64,000 nucleotides of DNA, from NCBI GenBank assembly GCA_951406725.2, contig OX597819.1, forward strand, positions 87,792,001 through 87,856,000, written 5' to 3'. Source of the DNA: Octopus vulgaris (taxonomy: Eukaryota). The notes under the pieces are model-generated. The model had not been told where the DNA came from. It saw only the letters and a program-made list of their open reading frames with translations, and made no database searches. This document shows, piece after piece, positions 14,500 to 27,304 of the stretch; within the stretch, counting starts at the first letter, position 1, and the number at the start of each line of letters is the position of its first letter. Position numbers and translations under genes: made by a program.

Positions 14500-15480
14500 G
14501 GACATCTCCTACTCGTTGCTTGCATGTTTATAAGTTTTACGTGCTGTTAGCAATACCTAAAGTCACTGACTTCCAGATGAGATTATAAAAGCCATCAACA
14601 ATCATGTACAAAAACCCCCGTAAGCTTTGTGCAAAGCACAGATTGTCCAATTAAAACCTTTCCAACAACAAGAGTTTTTCCATGTAGTGATTGTAGTAGA
14701 CTACATCTTGATGCCATCCAAGACAGATCTCACCATCAAGTAAAAGCAATCAAGACATCAGTAGAGCCTCTATCTCTGACCTTAACTATATTGATGACCT
14801 TGCCCTCGGAGCTCATCAACTGTGTAGTGCACAAAACTTAATATCCCTTGAATATTTACTGCTGTCAAAGATGGTTTCTTACTATAAAGAAGACTGAATG
14901 CATGACCATCAATGTGGATGAAAGCCATCTGTTAATTTGTTCCAATGATAGAACACAACTTGAAGTCAGTGATTTCAAGCATGTTAGGTTCCACATTGCT
15001 AACAACATGTAAGACTTCCCGACATGGAAGCGACAAGTATGAGGTGTCGTAACATGCTTCAAAACATCTGGCATTCAAGTAAGTCAGTCAACAAGCCTGG
15101 CCTTCTTCAGGATGTGTTGAGAACTTCTTTATGGAGCTGAAACCTTCGCTATGAAGGAGTTGTCTCATGAGGGTTGAAAACCTCTCAAAGCATGTGCACA
15201 AAACCAAAGAGATTTATGGATACACTTTACCCATTTCTACTATTGTTGTTCCATACATAGTAGGTTTTGCTGGCAACTTCTCTCAAACTGAACAAGAGGC
15301 CATATCAGATGTTTATTCTATTTTGGAGACATTCGTATCCTTACAGAGGATGAAGACTACTCAACTGCATTGATGCCATTGGCAGATGCATGTAACATGA
15401 AATTGAAAACCTATCCAATATAATGCAGAACAGAGATTCTTGGCACAGCATTATGAAATACATTTCACTTGCAGCTACTT
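14500..15480 (+). mobile_element. Old decayed non-LTR retrotransposon remnant (RTE-like)
   Basis: YGAET-like motif (TATGGAGCTGAAACC, ~15130), locally higher GC, no intact frame. Confidence 0.35.
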
Positions 15481-15869
15481 GAAGAAACCAGAATAATAGA
15501 GCAAGAGCTTTTTAAACTTAATATTTTGATTGGAAAATAATTAAAGATAGATAAAATATAAATTTCACTTATATCTGTTACTCTACTTTTTTCAGAAAAT
15601 CTATTGAAAATGTTTTATCCCAGTTTTCTAGTTGCTTAAACAAATCGATATACAAAATACTACAATTTAGATTTTTATAGTTATTAATCCTTTAACTGAA
15701 ATTCTTTGACTAGAACTGTTTTGGATTTTGGTATGATTATATATTTACTTCTATAAATAGGACAGTTTAAAGATGGGATCCGAGTTTAAATATGTTATCC
15801 ATCTGAATTTCATAATACAAGGTGATATCAAAAAGTTCCCGGACTAGTTAAGTTTAATACAAAATAACT

Positions 15870-16604
15870 CAACTTTAATACTCTACTTGATTTCGAGCCG
15901 GGTCGTCTGCTGCTGGAGAGGACCGACCAGGTAAAGGACCTGGGTATCTTGGTGGATTCCTCCATTTCGCTTTCGGCCCAGTGCATCCATGCTGCCAACA
16001 AAGCACGCAGAGTTCTGTTCTTGATTTGACGGTCATTCAGAATGCTCACAGCAGCCATATTCCTACCGCTCTATGTCACGCTGGTGAGACCCATATTGGA
16101 GTACGGGATTCAAGCCTCTTCTCCTTATCTCCTCAAAGACATACAGCATCTCGAAAGAGTCCAGAAGCTGGCTACACGCATGGTTCTTGGTCTCAAGAAT
16201 TTGTCTTATGAAGAAAGGCTGAAGACGCTCGACCTTTATTCTCTAGGAAAACAACGACGCCGTGGTGATCTCATTCTTGCTCACAACCTCCTAAGCGGAA
16301 AGTGTAACCTCTCGAAAGAGTTGTTCTTCACTCCTGCTCCAGAGCCTCGGCTGCGGGATCACTCCAAAAAGCTCTATCTGTGATGATTTCATCTCAATCG
16401 AAGGAGAGGGGCTTTCTCCGCCCAGGTTGCGGATCCGTGGAATAAGCTGCCAGACGAGATGAAGATGCTGACGACTGCTCAGTTCAAAGTCTCCCTTGAC
16501 CACAAGTGGCCTGAACTCTTTACATGAACACCACCCTGTATATAACTCCATGTCCCCCTACATGGCCTTGCTTTTTGAGCCCAAAATGAACTAACTAACT
16601 AACT
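15870..16604 (+). mobile_element. 5'-truncated CR1-clade LINE
   Basis: KDLGILVD..LYVTLVRPILEY..LERVQKLATR..RRRGDLI..WNKLP, an (AACT)n tail, and many intact CpGs. Confidence 0.9.
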
Positions 16605-16713
16605 TATTTACCTAAGTTTTAACATCATCTCCTTCAAAATAGTCACCTTGTGTTGCAATACACCAGTTCCAACATTCCTATCACTTTGGAAACCAGCCTG
16701 GAAAATGTTTTTA

Positions 16714-17762
16714 TTCATCATCATCATTTAATGTCTGTTGTCCATGCTGGCTTGTGTTGGACAGCTTGACTGCACTGGAAGGCTGCACCAGACTCCAGTC
16801 TGATTTGGCATGGTTTTCTACAGCCGGATGCCCTTCCTAACATCAATCACTCCTAGAGTGTAATGGGTGCTTTTACGTGCCACTGGCACAAGTGCCAGTT
16901 TCTGTGACACTGGTATCTGCCATGACTGATTTTGCTCGGCTTGATGGGTCTTCTTCTCAAGCACGACATAATGCCAAAGGTCTTGGTCGTTCCCTCCACA
17001 AGGCCCACTACTTGAAAGGAACTCAGCCACTTTTCCTCCATCAGGTGCAACATTCAAAAGATGTTCTTTACATGCCACCAGCATGGGTGCACTTGGCTTG
17101 ACGGGTCCTCTCAAGTACAGCACATCGCCAGAGGTCTCAGCCACAAGTCATTGAAGATCATGCTTCACCACCTCGTCCCATGTCTTCCTGGGTCTACCTC
17201 TACCACAGGTTTCCTCAAACATGCACATCGACATTGCACATCTAGCGAAGCATATTAGCTTCATTTCTTTCAAGCCTGTGCATGTCCTCAGCTGCCATAG
17301 CCCATGTTTCACTGCCATGCAGCATAGCTGTTGGCAACACAGACATCAAACAATCTCCCTTTTACTCGGAGAGAGAGGTCCTTTGTTGCCAGCAAGGTAG
17401 GAGATCTCTGAACTTTACCCAGCCTAATCTTATTCTCACCGCTACACTCTTGGAGTATCCACCGCCAGTACTAACTTGGTCACCTAGATAGCGGAAGCTA
17501 TCTACTACCTTGGAGTCTATTTTCTGTGCATTTTCAGCATTTGTTGTACCTGTGCATCTTCCACATACAAAAGTTTCACTGTTAACCTTCCTCTAATGTT
17601 GCTGCACCTTTTATGTGTCCAAAGCTTACACTGGATGCATCTTATGGAATTTCTACCTACACCTTTTCTACAGATTGAGCAGGGCCATCTACCTGAAGGG
17701 ATTTGTAATTTGTCTGCCTTCCTACTTACTATGACTTTGGTTTTTGCTCAATTTACTCTTGC
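16714..17762 (-). mobile_element. 5'-truncated RTE LINE with (GAT)n tail
   Basis: Reverse-complement homology to 51420-52735; (CAT)n at ~16716-16727. Confidence 0.85.
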
Positions 17763-19139
17763 TTCTATTGAGGACCTTCTGTAATTTGCTCTGGATCTCA
17801 ACAACACTGTTCAAACTGCAACCTTTGAGCTGCATTTTGACCTCAGGGAAGAGATAGAAGTCTGCAGGTGCTAAATCTGGCGAATAGGGTGGGTGCAGAA
17901 GCAATACCATGTTGTTTTTAGTGAGAAACTCACAAGTAAGGAAAGCTCAGTTACAGAGTGCATTATCATCGGGAAAATTTTATTTCTTTGTGCTCCACAG
18001 ATCTGGTTGCCTTCACCAAATGTCCTCTCTCAAACACTTCAAAACATTGCCTTATCACCCCATAAGCTTGCCAAAACATGCTCAATATCTCTGTAGTGGA
18101 CTTCCAAAGTTTAATGCAAAATTTCACATTGGCTCTTTGTTCCAACTTCCTGTCCATGACAAAATCACAGACTACAACATACATGTGATCACAAAAACAC
18201 AAATTTCACAACTTGTGAAGTAAACACAGTGATGTCACTCAGCACACTGCATCATGAAGATCACTGCTAGCTCTCACTGCACAAGCAACTGTGTGTTGCT
18301 ATCTATTGGTGCACTACAGAACTAGCCTGGGGACTTTTTGGATACCACCTTGTACAACTTGTACTGTGAAAGTAATTTTATATAAATTTGATACTAGCCC
18401 AGTTCCATATGTGTACTTCAGAGTTTTTTTGCTTTTCATGAAAAATTCCACTTTTTATACTTTTCCTAACATGGAGCAGATGATGTTACTCCATACATAA
18501 TGATAGTTTTAGGCATGGCTTGCAACATCTGCACATTTTCAAAGAATCTTTTGGGCACCTTCTGGGATGTTTTTGGGTGATGCTTCTCTCTCTTGAAGCA
18601 TCTCAAATGATTTTCAGATCTTGGAGGTTTTGGGATTTCAGAATATCAGATAAAGGATTATCAATTGTATTTGCATATAATTGAGCTTTTGTGTTGCAAC
18701 TCATTCTAAATAGCTCCAAGGAAACAAGAGGAATTATTTAGCATTAAATATTTAGATAATGTATAGAATAAGTATCTTAGATTAAGAATAGACGGGGTCT
18801 ACATACATAATCATACAATGATTAAATCTGTATGAAATAATGCGGGGTTTTTTTTTATCATGCACAAGGCCAACTTATATAGCAGAAATCTGTCAACTCA
18901 ATTTCTTTACTAGTATAGTTTTATCCAACCTTTTGAGATATGTAGCTCTCAGTTGTTGAGGCATTTAGGTGAAATCATAACTGATTATTCAACAAAAGGA
19001 ACAAATTACAAACATGCATATTTAATACCAAATTCATTTGTCATATGGATAGACCTCTTTTAGAATGTCTTTGTTGAATAGCGAAGCAGATGTGGTACAT
19101 ATGTTACTTGGTTACCCTATGAAAATATGTATATTTGCT

Positions 19140-19456
19140 ATTGCAGTCTTCCTTGGGGTCAGTTCCCTTAGTAGGTCTGTCATGAGCCAAAGAACTTATA
19201 AGGCAGGAGCTCAACCTGGTTTCCGTGGCTTATAAGTAACTAAGATTACAGTACTTTGCTCACTTAACAAGGTATTGAGTTGTCACAGGGTTAACTTTCC
19301 AGCTGTTGCTGAGACTACTTTACAGTTGAGTGGACTGGAGCAACATGAAATAAAGTGTTTTGCTCAAGAACATAACATACTGCCCAGTCCAGGAATCAAA
19401 GCCATAATCTTACAATCTTGAGTGTAGCACCCTAATCACTAGACCACACATCTTCA
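19140..19456 (-). mobile_element. tRNA-headed SINE
   Basis: TTTACAGTTGAGTGGACTGGAGCAAC core and reversed head CCTAATCACTAGACCAC. Confidence 0.65.
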
Positions 19457-20805
19457 TGATTTAGTTTTTGCTTTCTATTAAAGCATGCTTCTGCTGTTTC
19501 ATTGTTGATGCAGTGAATAGACAATGTAAAACACTTAAATTTTGTCTTGACAATCTACATTGCCATAACTATGAAATCTATCAAACCCACTTTAGTTATT
19601 TCATTGATTTCTCTCAGAAAGACATGAGCATTACTTTTTTCAATCTCCTATAAATATCTGAAGTATCATAGTAGCTGTAGTACATTAAAGTCTATGTTTG
19701 ATAATTGATTCTAGTCCAATTTTTTTTAAAAATTGCATTACTAGTGGAGAGTGAAAAACACCTAATAAAGTCTTCTTAGGTGTACACCTTTATGTGAATA
19801 TTAGGCTTATGAAATTATTATTGTGAAGTATGACTGCAAATTTTATAACAAGAAGCAATTTTTATTCTTCTCCAGGATTTGTCATGTATTTTCACCAGTC
19901 TACTTGTTTACACCAGATTTTACATACTATCAAAGATTGAGTGAGTTTGCATATTGTTGGAGCAAATTTTTACAGCTGGATGTGCTACTTCACTACTAAC
20001 TGCTTAACCATAGAATGAAAATAGAACTTGTGTCCAGAAGTGCAAACACATAATTCAATGGCTTGGCAGTATATAATGTGGCTAATGATGCTTTTTGGCC
20101 CCTTTGCAAATTTGTTTCAACTTATATGGTAGTATAGAGAAGTTAAAACTTCAGCACATAGTGTGTGTGTCTGGAAATAAATGATAAAGTGTCTAGTAAA
20201 CAAAATATACTTTAGCATTATTAAGCATATTTTGTAAGAAAGATAAAAGCTCATCCAAATAGTATGCTATAAAAATGTTTAAGGAAGTATTATGAATTTA
20301 TTTGTTTATGTTAGGCAAGAATTTGTTAGGAAAGATTCAGAATAAGTTAATTAAATTGTGCAGTTAAAGAACAACATAATGATACATCATAAAACTACAC
20401 GTCTTTTAACTTGTACATAATTCATTATAACATTATAACATACAGTTTTAGAATTCAGTTGAAGATAGAATTAGCTCTAAGCAGTACATCGTACAAAACA
20501 TGTTCAACTGTGTTTATGATTTAAGAATTATGAATGTACATTTCTTAGAAACTTTCTTCTATAGAACTCTATTTCTTGAAGCTCTGCAAATTTTATTCCA
20601 GTGCCAAAAATTCTATTTCATTCTTTTTTTTTTTATGTCTATTAATATATGAGTTTGTTGGTAAAAAGTTTCTTGTGAAATTGTAAGCTTCAATGTTATC
20701 TAGAACAAATAGCTTGTGTTGTGAGAAAGAGCCAGGCTATTGTATTTTTCAAATAGTTAAAAGCTTAACAAGTACATTTTATATTTCTTATCAAAAGTAA
20801 AATGT

Positions 20806-21160
20806 TATTGTTTAACGTCCACTTTTCCATGCTTGCTGCATGAGTTGGACAGAAATGAGGCCAATTTCTTTACAGCTTCCCTTTCTGCTGCCAACCCATA
20901 GCTGTTTCCAAGCAAGATAATATTTACCCATGGCCATGGAAGATTGGAAACGAACAAAATTGCTTATATGACAGTGATGCTTTTTTACAATCCTTACCTG
21001 ATGTTAAAACAAGGGTACACAAAAATCTACTCACAAGGCTTTGGTCAGTCTTGGCCTTTAGTAAAAGACACATGCCCAAGGTGTCATACCGTGAGACTGA
21101 ACCCAAGACTACCTGGTTGAGAAGGAAACAAGCTTCTTAGCTACACAGCTACGCCTGTAC
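20806..21160 (-). mobile_element. SINE with RTE-type tail
   Basis: Reversed tail TTTAACGTCCACTTTTCCATGC and reversed head CCCAAGGTG..GACTGAACCC. Confidence 0.7.
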
Positions 21161-22031
21161 CTATACTCTTTTATAATATTACTTTAGTAAAATCAATATT
21201 AGAAGCAATTTTTCTACATTGAATTCCACTGGGACTAACATTGCTTTTCGTGTCACTAGGATCAGTAAAATAAGTATCAGTTATACACTAAGGATTATTC
21301 AATTCCCTGATCAGTTCCCTACAAGTTAGAATAAGGCTGAAATGTAATGAAAACTATATTATTTGAATTAATAATCAGTTGTACTTAGTTCAACACCATT
21401 CCTTCTTGTTAGATGGATTTGTATTTTCTGAAACTGCACGTCATGCTTAGTACTAAATACCGTTGGAGTGAAACAAACTATTAATCAAACCAACAACTAG
21501 AAAGTTAAAAATAAAAAAAAGACCGTTTGAAGAGCTATTCTTCTTATGAAAGGTAATCCTTTTTTGAAGATGAGACTAATTATAGATTTGAACTAACGAG
21601 AGTAAATGGATTTAAGCAGGTGAGAGAAAGGGGAGATAATGTATAGGTGCAACAAATTATTCAATTGAGAACCCTTAAAGGTTTGACTAAGCAAACATTG
21701 AAATCGTTTTAAATGTGATCACATAAATTCATATGTAAACTTTTTGAATGAGAAAGTAAACAATAAATATGGAATTGCATATTTGAATTGAATTGTGCAA
21801 GTGTAGAATTTCATTTAGAAAATAACATCTGAAAAGCTGTAACCTATGCTTTGGTATCATTGTTCTAACTAGATATTTTGAGAAAATATTTCATACTTTG
21901 GAAAGCTCACATATATGCAGAACTACAGAAAGTTGTTGAAACAATATATCCTTTTTTTTTTTGTTTCCTTGTAGAATCTAACTCTTAGTGAAAAACAATT
22001 ATTGTAAATAATTTAACTCTTTCTTTTTCAG

Positions 22032-22117
22032 TGGTACCATCATATGGTTATTATTACAGATATGGCATTCCTGGCCAGGAAGCTCTAGCTCAAGGACTTC
22101 CTCCTTCCTACTCACCT
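22032..22117 (+). CDS. DAZAP2: DAZAP2 coding exon (phase 1 to phase 0) containing a PPxY motif
   Basis: TTCTTTTTCAG acceptor and GTAAGT donor. Encodes (L)VPSYGYYYRYGIPGQEALAQGLPPSYSP in frame with both neighbours. Confidence 0.85.
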
Positions 22118-23883
22118 GTAAGTTCCAATAATCAACACTTAAAGAATTTTATTTATTGCTACAATCAGTTTGTGATCTTGAAATTTGTAGCAAATAAAAT
22201 TTAACAAAAAAAAAAAGAAATGAAATTTGAGTTGTCTTGGTCTTGTTACAAAATCATTTAGTTATTATTTAATGTTATCCCTTATTGAAAAGTTTTTTGC
22301 ACATTGCATAACAGCTAATTTTCTTTTCTATGCAGTAGCATAATGCTCATTATTTCTTTTGAAATAGTTTCTTGTTGTTTTTTGGGCTTATGTGTGTTCA
22401 CTCCTACTGCTTTGTTTTGTTTAATCTCTTTCTTCATGCAATTGCTTAGAAAGTTATTTAATATAGTTCTTTTCCATTAATACTTTGCTTTAACATCTGC
22501 ACTACAAATCCAAGAATTAACCTACCATAAAGCTTATTTGTTATCCTTTTGAATTTTTATCCACATTTCATTGCTATTTGATGATTATTTACTGATGCAC
22601 AGTGTTCACAGCTTTGCAGCAATATTTTGCATGTTTTCTACATTTATTGGTAAATTCAATCACAATAGCTTTGTGATACTTTTGGCATTTCTTTGCTTGC
22701 TCTATCAGCACTATAACATCTGCACTAAGAAAACTTCATACTTGTTACCCAACTGTCACTTTTCACAAAACAAATTCTCTATCTAACCATTAGTTATTTT
22801 TGTTTGTTTTGTTTTGTTTCTCTTTTAGTTTTTTTCTTTTTAGGTATTGCTGTTTATCTAGCTGTAATTTTTTTACACTTGCTCTGTTTACATAGTGTTT
22901 CTTGTTGCTAGATTGGTTAGCTTTTAATAATAGATATGACTTGACAAAACATTTAATGCATGCAAGCATGGAAAATGAATCTGTTGGCAATGACAATAAA
23001 GAATTGTGTGGAGGACAGCGTGCGCGTAAAGATCTAAGTTGCAAAGTTATATTTTCACATACACACACACACACACACACACATGTGCACACTACACAAA
23101 ATTCTAAAATCTGCTAGTCAATTAACATAGTTATATAATATGCTATATATATGTATATATATACTTTTAGAATGTTTCTGATTGCATGTCACTTCTTGTC
23201 TCCAAATTTAACCTTATCTTAAAGAATGAGAAATGACTGCAAATATATAGTAGAACCTGACCTCCTCCTCACTAAAAAAAAGTATAGATTTGATTTATAT
23301 TCTTTGTTCATCTTTTTCTTTCTCAATTTTTTTCCATCTAAATGTATATTGATTTTAATTGTATTCATGTTCATTTTTTAAAATTATTTTACTAGTAATT
23401 AAAATTTATATATACGTAGCATTTTATATTATAACAAATACCATGTTAAAACTGCATTTGATTACCTTAATTAAATTCCTGTATTCCCTCTCCCCACTCA
23501 TTAAAAAAAAAAAAAACTTTTTTTTTTCTCTAGTTTAAAAAATGTTTCTTAATTTTATAAACTTATATTACAAATAAGCACTGACTGAATGAAGCAAACT
23601 TTACTCCGCCTACACCTATTATATTAATAATCTTTTAAACATGGTAGTCAATCTAGCAATCTGTGAAGCAGACTATGATGGGAGCAGTTTCCATTTTTCT
23701 TTCATGGTAGGGTAGGGTACTCAGTATTGAAATGTCCAAACTTGCAAAAGCTACGTCACTTCTGCTTCAATGGAAAATGGTTACGAATAGTAAAAAAAAA
23801 AAAAAAAGAAAAAAGAAGACTGGCTTAAGACTAATTAGAAGGCTAACTGTTGACCCTGTTTTAATATATTGTTGAAATTTCAG

Positions 23884-23979
23884 TCTCCAGCATCAACGAT
23901 CCCCCAGCAGACAATGCTCGTACATGGTGCATATGATGCTGGAGCCCGTTTTGATGGAATTTCTGGCCAAATGATACCT
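23884..23979 (+). CDS. DAZAP2: DAZAP2 coding exon (phase 0 to phase 0)
   Basis: TTTCAG acceptor, CTAAC branch-like site upstream, GTAAGT donor. Encodes SPASTIPQQTMLVHGAYDAGARFDGISGQMIP with the DAZAP2 hallmark YDAGARF. Confidence 0.93.
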
Positions 23980-26654
23980 GTAAGTTGCTTGTTGAACAAT
24001 TTTGTTAATATATAAAATTTGGATTCTGCTGTTACCTGTTGCTATGTTTTTTTTTTTTTTTTTTTTTCGTTTTTTCTCTTTTTTGGGGTTTTTTTTCCTG
24101 CATGCTTGCATCCTTTCACATTTGGCATCAAGGAATAAATAACAAATATTTCATGTAATTTTTATATCTCATGTGTTTTGCTTAAGCTACATTTAATTTT
24201 TTTTTTTTTTTTTACACGTTTTTCTCAAATCAAGGGATTATTTCAAAGTTTTGGTCAATCTTTCCCTCTTTCACTCTGGCAAAAGGTGTGATATAACCAC
24301 ATCATCTTGATCACTTGCGTGTCCGGTTATGATGTGCAGCAATGAACAGTGTGTTTGGGGTTGATCTCAGCTTTACAGCTATAAACTCAGTATTCAATGA
24401 AATTTTGACTTGACACATAAATTATATAGGTACATGTACCTATATATTTTATAGGTACATACACATGTGTGTGTGTGTGTATGTATATCTGTAGATAAAT
24501 AGGTATATTGTATATTTAAACCTATTTATGTACCCATACATACACATCAATATACAAATAATTCAATGTAACATGATGCCCATGCGAGAAAAATGCCATA
24601 CTTTTGTTGTTAAAGTTTGTTTATAAATAACATTTTGGAGAAAATTAGCTTTGAATAAACCTGTATAGTTTATCTGCAACTAAGTAACCTCTGAATCTCT
24701 GTTTTCAACAGAGTTCAGTATATCTTATATTTTCATTATATTCCTTTATGCCAAATGCCATTTTCATTTTATTCTTTGCATGTAATCATATCTCTGGTCA
24801 GAGAGAAGTTCTGATAACTAATTCAGAAGTGCTCTCAGTGCTTTATCATTTTAGCTCACTTTTTTTTGTGTTTTCTTTGTTCTGTTTATTGTTTGTTCTT
24901 TAAATAACCATTGTAGAATTTGCATGTTACTTTCCAGTGGAAATTCTGAAATTCAATAATCATGTCTTATTTGACAAATAGTGTCTTGTCCTAAGACAAA
25001 ATTTGTCAGAGTTGTGCATTCAAATTGAACTTCATTATATTACCAATATTTTATTTTATCAAGCCCAGAGGGACAAAAGCGAAATCAACCTACATTGGTG
25101 TAAAGTGAACTTAGAACAGTCTGGTACAAAACCAGATAACAAAAACAAATAGGCTGGCTCACTGTAGTATGTAATGACAAAACAACTTTTAATGTTATGC
25201 TCATCCCAGCTTGTTTTTTTTTTTTCAAATTTTTCCACTTTGTAGATAAGACTTGGTTACTAAACTAAGTAATTGAATATATATATATAAAACCATCTAA
25301 TGCTATCAGCACCATTTTTAAAAACCGCTATCCCACATAATCAAGGAAAACAAACAACATCTTAGAATCCCTTCACACCAGAGAAGCTACCGTATCAATT
25401 GTTGACTTTTGATTCAAATTCTGTGCTGGATTGTCGACCACTTTCTTTGAAATCTAAACAATCAAGAGTCGTATGCCTAGTTGTTCCACATGTTCTGCCG
25501 CAGGTGCAGCCATTCAATTATGCACAAATACACAGACTACTACTCTGCATGTCACATGACCAACCAGTGCAGGAGTGTTCAGCATTATTCCAGAATAGAC
25601 TGGATTTAGAATATATTCAGGTTGCCAGTTGTATGTGTATCTCAATATCATAGCTATCTTGTTTGGAATACAAATTTAATAAGCTTACAAGCTATTATTT
25701 AACCAATTCATTAAATGTTATGAAATGTGTATGTTTTGATATTTTTTTGGTAATATTTGCCAGGGTACTAGCTATGCTTTTATATTATTTGATTCATTAC
25801 AATAATTTGCCTAGACCTGTTAATCAATCACTTGTCTAATGTTACCTTGAATGTCACCATTTTTATCAATTCTTTCTTTGGTTATTCAAAAGGCAATACC
25901 TTATTAAAATCTTTTGCCTAGAGTTTGCAATATCATCTCCAAATTTAACTGTAAAAATTCTCCTTATATTCTATCAGGTGTAACTATTAATAAAGGAAGG
26001 GCCAAAGGGGAGTTAACTGGTGTTTTCCAAGAATGTGGTACAAGCCAATCAAGATTTTCTTTAAAGTGCTAATTTTATATAATCATAATAATGAGCCATA
26101 TTTTGTTTGTAAATTTAACTGCTTATTTTTTATTATCTTCAAGAATATTATTAAATTGTTGTTTTTTTTTTAAATTCTTTATGCAAAACCAATTTTTGTG
26201 AGGACAAGAATAGGGAGTTGTCATCCTTATTCTTTTACTAGTACCTATTTTATTTGCTCTGGGATTTTAATGCAAAAATGTGAACCATTAAATGTGAAAG
26301 TAGTAGTTCTGAGTCTCAAATTGGCAGATGAGATTGTACTGTTCATTTTCTAACTGCATAAGATTTATATGGGATTACTTCTGTCGAGAATTAAAACTAG
26401 ATCCTCACCTTTTAATTTGCCAAAATTTAAATACTAGTTATAGTCAACTGTTTCAGTGTCTAACATTTTAATGAATATATTTATCATCAACTTGAGAGAA
26501 TGCAAACCCAAGATAATTTTTGAAATGTTTGCTTGTGAGAAAGATCAATGCACTCATTGTTCCTTGGTGCCTGAAGGAACTAATCTTTGAAAAGATCAGT
26601 CTTTTATTTCCCATATATATATATATATATATATATATAGGATATATATATATA

Positions 26655-27036
26655 CTAGCAGTATCGCCCGGCGTTGCTCAGGTTTGTAAGGAAAATAACT
26701 ATAAAGCATTTTTAGAGAGTTATAGCCAAAAAATAGCAAAAAAATGGGAAAAAAATGATGGTAAATTTTTTTGAGAGTTAAAAAAGGTGGAGTTGCGTCC
26801 CCTAGACGGTCTGTGGTTTGGGTTTCTGATTCTCGACCCCATGTCGAATTTATCGATTTTTTTCAGAACTGGGGGAACTTTTCAAAATTTTCGCTGCGTT
26901 AGTTTTGAATTATGACATTGGGCTATGTGTGTGTCAAGTTTCATCAGAATCGGTTGAAAGCCGTGGTCAGAGTGAGGGTACAACCAAACAGACACACAGA
27001 AACACACACAGACAAACTGCCGTTTATATATAGAGA
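26655..27036 (-). mobile_element. Non-autonomous Helitron
   Basis: Minus strand starts TC (TCTCTATATATAAA), ends CTAG after a GC-rich subterminal hairpin (CCTGAGCAACGCCGGG), and sits between A and T with no TSD. Internal CTGT/GT microsatellite. Confidence 0.85.
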
Positions 27037-27175
27037 TATATATATATCAGAAATGTATTTTTTATCATTCTTATAATTTTTTTAAAAAACCCTCTAAGAA
27101 ACACTCAATGTACTTCACCCTCTTTATGTCAATTATAATATGCTAATTTCTTTTTGTTTTTCTCTGCCATTTCAG

Positions 27176-27304
27176 CCCCCTCCACCTGGTTATGCTCCGA
27201 ATGCAACGCAAATGGCCGCCATGCAGGGGCAAAATGTTATCCTCACACAACGAAAGAACGATTTCCTGACTGGTGGATCTGGAGCTGGCTACACTTGGTA
27301 CTAA
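27176..27304 (+). CDS. DAZAP2: DAZAP2 terminal coding exon
   Basis: TGCTAAT branch site, polypyrimidine tract, TTTCAG acceptor. Encodes PPPPGYAPNATQMAAMQGQNVILTQRKNDFLTGGSGAGYTWY*, matching the conserved DAZAP2 C-terminus. Confidence 0.95.
   Translation, partial: PPPPGYAPNATQMAAMQGQNVILTQRKNDFLTGGSGAGYTWY

Larger units (their letters stand above)
15818..18352 (-). mobile_element. Mariner transposon, internally deleted and split by two LINE insertions
   Basis: TA-flanked TIRs CAAGGTGATATCAAAAAGTTCCCGGACTAG and CTAGCCTGGGGACTTTTTGGATACCACCTTG. Transposase pieces MDRKLEQRANVKFC, HPPYSPDLAPADFYLF and CIATQGDYFEGDD. Confidence 0.9.

Noticed and set aside
24970-25010. 41-nt intronic hairpin as a pre-miRNA
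   Set aside because: Too short and adjacent to a decayed SINE; probably repeat-derived.
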